Below, in pieces: positions 35,503-39,948 of a DNA stretch of 39,948 nucleotides (position 1 is the first letter of the stretch; each line of letters starts with the position of its first letter). The notes under the pieces were generated by a model, which was not told where the DNA came from, ran no database searches, and saw only the letters and a list, made by a program, of their open reading frames with translations. The stretch spans positions 1-39,948 of IMG/VR virus record IMGVR_UViG_3300020045_007761. One strand, 5' to 3'. The position numbers and the translations under genes are program-made. This DNA comes from a virus. Its lineage: Duplodnaviria; Caudoviricetes.

Positions 35503-36954
35503 ATGGCTGTAACAGAATTAGTGACTCGCTTCAGTTTTCAGGGAAGTCTTCAGCCCTTACAAAAATTAAATCAAGGCTTAGATACTGGAATAGGTATGAT
35601 TTCTAAACTAGGTGCTGGACTTGGAATAGGTGCAGTTGCCTTTAACTATTTTAATCTAAATATGATTGATGCTATTGATACACAAAATGACCTTGCAATA
35701 ACTTTAGGTGTATCAATTCAAGCACTTCAAGAGTGGGGTTATGTAGCTCAACTAAGTGGAAGTTCTGCACAAGCTTATGAAGCTTCAATCGGAGGATTAT
35801 CTCAAGCGATAGGGGACACTGCAAATGATGTGGGTAGAGCTAAAGCTATATTCGAGAAAATGGGAATTAGTGTAAAAGATGCAACGGGTAAAGTAAAATC
35901 TGCTGATGTTGTAATGGAAGAGTTAAGACAAAAATTAAAAGGCTTAGAGAAAACGGAAAAAATTTCTATCTTAAGCAAACTTGGAATTGATAGAAGTATG
36001 CTTCAAATGATGGAAGCCAGTGATGAATCAATAAATAAACTAAGATTACAAGCTAGGGCGTTAGGTATTACAACAGATGAAGAAAAAGAAAAGGTAGCCG
36101 AGTATAAAGACTCAATGGATACTTTGGGTTTTGCATTTACTGCTTTAGCTACTAAGATGCAAATATCACTTACTCCAGCCATTAAAGACTTAGCTGATAA
36201 TTTTGTTTCTATGATTGAAGATAATAAAAAAAGTATTGATAAGATGATGGAAGTTGTAAGATTAACGGGGGTTGCATTTACAAATTTTGGAAAAGCTTTA
36301 GTCGGTATGTTTTCAAATATGAGTGATGGACAAAAACATTTAATAGCTTTAATTGGTGGAATATATTTATTAAATAAAGCAGTTAAAATATCACCAATGG
36401 GTAAGTTTATGGCTATACTCGGAGCTATTATTTTAGTTGTTGATGATTTAACAGTTGGATTTGCTGGTGGTAAATCTGTAATAAAAGAATGGTTTGAATC
36501 ATTTGATATTGATATTTTAAACAGAGTTTTGGCACTTACTAATCAATTAGCTGTGGGTTTTGCACAGATTGGATTTGCAGTTGATACAGTTGCTTTAGGG
36601 CTCGGAACGATAGCTAATTTCTTAGGTGCTGATTTTGACACATCTGGATTGATAAAAAGTCTTAATGATACAGATAAATACATAAAAGATAAAAGGGCTG
36701 AATGGCAAGGACAAATTGCAACAGCTCAAGTAAATGAAGAAGCTATGAGAAATCAAGGTAACTTGGTAAATATGTGGGAAAAAAATGCAGTGCCTACAAA
36801 TATGATAAATAAAAATGCTTCAAGTGTAGTAAATAATAATATCAATATGGAAGTAAAAACGGACAATGCTATGAATGCTGGAATAAATGTTAAAAATACT
36901 TTAACAGATTATTTAAAAGATACTAATACTACAATGAATAAAGGAGGTTATTAA
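35503..36954 (+). CDS. Tape measure protein
   Basis: LGVSIQALQEWGYVAQLSG, MGISVKDATGKVKSAD; Ala/Gly-rich helical protein with hydrophobic segments. Confidence 0.88.
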   Translation: MAVTELVTRFSFQGSLQPLQKLNQGLDTGIGMISKLGAGLGIGAVAFNYFNLNMIDAIDTQNDLAITLGVSIQALQEWGYVAQLSGSSAQAYEASIGGLSQAIGDTANDVGRAKAIFEKMGISVKDATGKVKSADVVMEELRQKLKGLEKTEKISILSKLGIDRSMLQMMEASDESINKLRLQARALGITTDEEKEKVAEYKDSMDTLGFAFTALATKMQISLTPAIKDLADNFVSMIEDNKKSIDKMMEVVRLTGVAFTNFGKALVGMFSNMSDGQKHLIALIGGIYLLNKAVKISPMGKFMAILGAIILVVDDLTVGFAGGKSVIKEWFESFDIDILNRVLALTNQLAVGFAQIGFAVDTVALGLGTIANFLGADFDTSGLIKSLNDTDKYIKDKRAEWQGQIATAQVNEEAMRNQGNLVNMWEKNAVPTNMINKNASSVVNNNINMEVKTDNAMNAGINVKNTLTDYLKDTNTTMNKGGY

Positions 36955-37718
36955 TGATTGATGATATTGTAAAAGGCTTTTTATATAAGAAAAAAGATGA
37001 AAAGCAAACAGTGGGAATAGGTGGGTTCAATCTTGATGTAAGACTTGATTCATCTATCAATTTTACAATGGTAGCTCCTGAGAATTATGTAGAAGATGGT
37101 AGCGTTATTAACGACCATATTATAAATGACCCTATCACTTTATCAATAAGTGGCGAGGTTGCTGATATTCATTTAAAACCTAAATTTGATGACTTTGTTC
37201 TTGAAACTATAAGAGAAAAAGTGCAATTTAAAGTTATAAATACTGTACTAACTAAACAGCAACAGCAAAAGATTCAAAGCGTAGTGGATAAAGTAAAAGG
37301 TGCATTTGATACATTTAATAAAGGTATAGATATATATGAGAGATTTAGTAATAGAAATAATGTAACATCAAAAGCTAGAACTGCTCAGGATAATTTCTTT
37401 GATTTATTGGAGTCGAATTATATTAACAAAAGATTAATAACTATTGAAATGCCATTTAGAAATTATGAAAATATGCTTATAACTTCTTTAACTATTACAA
37501 AAGATAATTCTACTAATCAAAAGTTAAAGTATTCTTTATCTGCTAAAGAAATAAGATTTGCAGAAGTTGCATATGCTAAAGCTGATATTTATTTTGATAA
37601 ACCAAGTGCAAAGCCTACGGCTAAAACAACAGCTAAGAAAGACAACGGTGTAGCTGATACTAAAGATGTACCACCTATCGAGGTAAAATCTGCACTTTAT
37701 TCATTAAAAGGTAAATGA
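36954..37718 (+). CDS. Tail tube initiator / baseplate organisation protein
   Basis: PENYVEDGSVINDHIINDP, YENMLITSL, KEIRFA. Confidence 0.75.
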   Translation: MIDDIVKGFLYKKKDEKQTVGIGGFNLDVRLDSSINFTMVAPENYVEDGSVINDHIINDPITLSISGEVADIHLKPKFDDFVLETIREKVQFKVINTVLTKQQQQKIQSVVDKVKGAFDTFNKGIDIYERFSNRNNVTSKARTAQDNFFDLLESNYINKRLITIEMPFRNYENMLITSLTITKDNSTNQKLKYSLSAKEIRFAEVAYAKADIYFDKPSAKPTAKTTAKKDNGVADTKDVPPIEVKSALYSLKGK

Positions 37719-38041
37719 TGAAAAAACTATTATTAACAGAAGACATACATCAATCAAATTTAATCCCTTTTGAAGATGATTTTATAACTTTAGAGATGAA
37801 GTTTATCGAGAATTGCTGGTTTGCAAATGTTAGTTTTAAAGGTAAAACAATTAACGGGATTAGATTAGTTTCTGGAGTTTTATTGTGTAGTGGTATGAAT
37901 TATCCTTTTGAGTTGGTTATAGATGATAAAGGACTTGAGCTAGATGCCTTTAGTATTGATAGTTTTACTAGCGAGGTATTTGATTTATTATTGTTGGATA
38001 GAAGTGAGATAACAGCATTGAGGGGTTATGAAGTGCCTTAA
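37715..38041 (+). CDS. Small baseplate protein
   Basis: Synteny between the initiator and hub genes. Confidence 0.65.
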   Translation: MMKKLLLTEDIHQSNLIPFEDDFITLEMKFIENCWFANVSFKGKTINGIRLVSGVLLCSGMNYPFELVIDDKGLELDAFSIDSFTSEVFDLLLLDRSEITALRGYEVP

Positions 38042-38045
38042 CACA

Positions 38046-38534
38046 TTAAGAAAAATTCTTAGTGTGTTCTAGATTGTTATTAATTACATAATTGTCATAA
38101 GCTTCAGCTGCATCAATTTTATCAATAAAATATCCAATTACAATTCTTTTTTTATTTACTCCAATAGTAGAAGACCATTTTTTTACTAATTTATGCCAAC
38201 TTACACCCCTGTAACCACTCGTGTTATTTGATTTTAACAATCTAGTGTTTCTAGTTTGAATATTTTGATTTACCCATCTGCAATTATCTTTTGAATAATC
38301 TTTATCATTTTCTTTTCTATCAAGTGTTAAGCCTTCAATAAATGACGGGTACATATCCTCTATAAAATTTTTAATGTCTAACCATCTTTTACATACCTTA
38401 ATCCCACGACCTCCATAATCGTGATAATTATTTGTTTTTGGATTATTACATCTTCTTATCATATCTTTCCATCTATCATATAATCTATGATGTCTTAATC
38501 CGTGTTTTATATTTTTTTGATTATTTTCTAACAT
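38046..38534 (-). CDS. HNH-type endonuclease-like protein with AP2 domain
   Basis: WKDMIRRC..YGGRGIKVCKRW..TLDRKENDKDYSKDNCRW; NTSGYRGVSW..GYF..AAEAYD. Confidence 0.85.
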   Translation of the reverse strand: MLENNQKNIKHGLRHHRLYDRWKDMIRRCNNPKTNNYHDYGGRGIKVCKRWLDIKNFIEDMYPSFIEGLTLDRKENDKDYSKDNCRWVNQNIQTRNTRLLKSNNTSGYRGVSWHKLVKKWSSTIGVNKKRIVIGYFIDKIDAAEAYDNYVINNNLEHTKNFS

Positions 38535-38541
38535 TTGAAGC

Positions 38542-38598
38542 CCCTCAGCTTATTAATTTAGTTGATGGATAGCTGAGGGATTGTATCCACCAACTAAA
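38542..38598 (-). ncRNA. Structured leader: 15-bp hairpin whose loop is complementary to the SD region
   Basis: 38557-38571 pairs with 38584-38598 (one G-U on the - strand); 38571-38579 is complementary to 38542-38550 (AGCTGAGGG on the mRNA, just upstream of ATG 38534). Confidence 0.6.
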
Positions 38599-38652
38599 CA
38601 AATAACACAGTAATTATAGTATAATAAAATTAAAATTAGATAAAGGATTCTG

Positions 38653-39531
38653 ATGTTGAATAGTTCGAGATTCGGTCGTGATTATGAATTGATAATAACT
38701 CTAAATACTGGCGAAGTTGTAATAATAAAACCTAACATTAGAATTCAATTTGATGTAGTTAAATCGGTTGATGGTGGCTTGAACTCTTGCAGAATTAGAA
38801 TATATAATCTTTCTAAAGATAAAAGAAAAAAGCTTATAAAAGAAGACATGGACACAACCACTAAAATGCCATTTTTATTAAAAGCTGGTTATAACAAAAT
38901 AGAAACAATCTTTAAAGGCTTCATATTAGAATCATTTAGCGAAAAATCTGGCGCTGATATTATTACTACCATCGTTGCTATGGACGGACTGGTTGATGCA
39001 CAAGGTAGCTATACATCAACAACAGTAAAAAAAGGTGATGCAATAAATGTAATTTTAAAGGATATGCCTAATACCACAAGAGCAAGAATATCAGAGCGTC
39101 CCGTTGTAAATCGTGCAAAAGTTTTAGTTGGAAATAGTTTAAAATTAGTTGAGAACAATTTAAAAGCTGATGAAACTTATTACATAGATGAGGGCAAACT
39201 TTACATTATAAAACAAAATGAAGTTGTTAGCGATATAATTCCACTTGTAAACTCTTCAACTGGTTTATTGAACACACCAATAAAAAAGAAATATGAAGTA
39301 ACATTTAATACTCTTTTAAATCCAACTATTAGAATAGGGTGTCAAGTTAAGTTAGAATCGATTTACTCTGAAAATTTAAACGGAACTTATAAAGTATTGA
39401 CGATAACTTATCGTGGTGATTCAATGGGGACTGATTGGAGTCAAGAGGTTATTTGTGTTAGATTGAATGAAACCAAATTGCTTTTGGCTGAGAATGAGAA
39501 AGCGAATAAGGATAGTAAAGCCACTGGTTAG
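38653..39531 (+). CDS. Baseplate hub protein (gp27/Mu gp44-like)
   Basis: IRIYNLS, LKAGY, TGLLNTP, TLLNPTIRIG, YRGDSMGTDW. Confidence 0.85.
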   Translation: MLNSSRFGRDYELIITLNTGEVVIIKPNIRIQFDVVKSVDGGLNSCRIRIYNLSKDKRKKLIKEDMDTTTKMPFLLKAGYNKIETIFKGFILESFSEKSGADIITTIVAMDGLVDAQGSYTSTTVKKGDAINVILKDMPNTTRARISERPVVNRAKVLVGNSLKLVENNLKADETYYIDEGKLYIIKQNEVVSDIIPLVNSSTGLLNTPIKKKYEVTFNTLLNPTIRIGCQVKLESIYSENLNGTYKVLTITYRGDSMGTDWSQEVICVRLNETKLLLAENEKANKDSKATG

Positions 39532-39948
39532 AGTGGCTTAATAAATTGATTTTCTTCTATAAACTTTTCATTTGGACAAGCCAAAATAAAATCTTTGTAT
39601 TTATGCCAAAAATTTAAAGCTTTTTGTCCTTCCATTTTTTCTATTTCTTCATCTGTAAAATTTAACCATTCTTCTTTTGTGTGAAGCTGACAACCTAATT
39701 TTACATATCCTCCCCATATTTGACAAAAATAAGTAAAGCAAGTTATGTTTATACTCATTAAAGATTTTATTCCATAAGAAGATAGCCACTCACCAACTTC
39801 TAGCGACTTACCAACTTCTAGCCACTCACCAACTTCTAGCCACTCACCAACTTCTAGCCACTCACCAACTTTTAGCGACTCACCAACTTTTAGCGACTTA
39901 CCAACTTCTAGCCACTCACCAACTTTTAGCGACTCACCAACTTTTAGC
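39528..39948 (-). CDS. C-terminal part of the hexapeptide-repeat protein that starts at 573
   Basis: Repeats read in frame into VGEWLSSYGIKSLMSINITCF..KLGCQLHTKEEWLNFTDEEIEKMEGQKALNFW, resembling the cap found after phage penta/hexapeptide repeats. Confidence 0.8.
   Translation of the reverse strand, partial: LKVGESLKVGEWLEVGKSLKVGESLKVGEWLEVGEWLEVGEWLEVGKSLEVGEWLSSYGIKSLMSINITCFTYFCQIWGGYVKLGCQLHTKEEWLNFTDEEIEKMEGQKALNFWHKYKDFILACPNEKFIEENQFIKPL
39792..39948. repeat. 8 full plus 1 partial copy of the same 18-bp unit
   Basis: Read directly; 39828-39916 is identical to 1-89. Confidence 0.97.

Noticed and set aside
39528-39758. Independent 76-aa gene
   Set aside because: In frame with the upstream repeats and lacking a clear SD; better explained as the C-terminal domain of the repeat protein.

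Overview
Apparently a near-complete genome of a small (~40 kb), very AT-rich contractile-tailed phage. The contig begins and ends inside the same 18-bp tandem repeat, which lies within one minus-strand gene, so the genome is probably circular and broken at that repeat. Gene order supports this: the baseplate hub at the right end is followed by the baseplate spike at the left end. The + strand carries packaging, head, neck, tail, baseplate, fibre and lysis genes. The - strand carries a replication/recombination block (8.2-18.1 kb) and seven 'moron-like' cassettes inserted head-on between structural genes. No integrase, canonical repressor, DNA polymerase, RT, tRNA or CRISPR array was seen. AAGGA/AGGAG Shine-Dalgarno sites, TATAAT boxes with periodic TTAA upstream and the endolysin type suggest a Campylobacterota (e.g. 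Arcobacter-like) host; this is inference. Most notable: (1) a recurring back-to-back promoter unit with a 15-bp palindrome (TTAAAATWATTTTAA) at cassette junctions; (2) two RNA elements of unrelated sequence but the same interlocked hairpin/loop-pairing design, upstream of the putative replication gene and of an endonuclease-like gene; (3) a stand-alone PAS sensor protein in the lysis module; (4) a -1 frameshifted tail-chaperone-like gene displaced next to the terminase; (5) possible on/off switches (a TAA in one repeat unit, an A7 indel in ibrB); (6) a 68-bp duplicated gene end flanking a 33-aa membrane peptide. All family calls come from motif recognition and synteny, not database searches.
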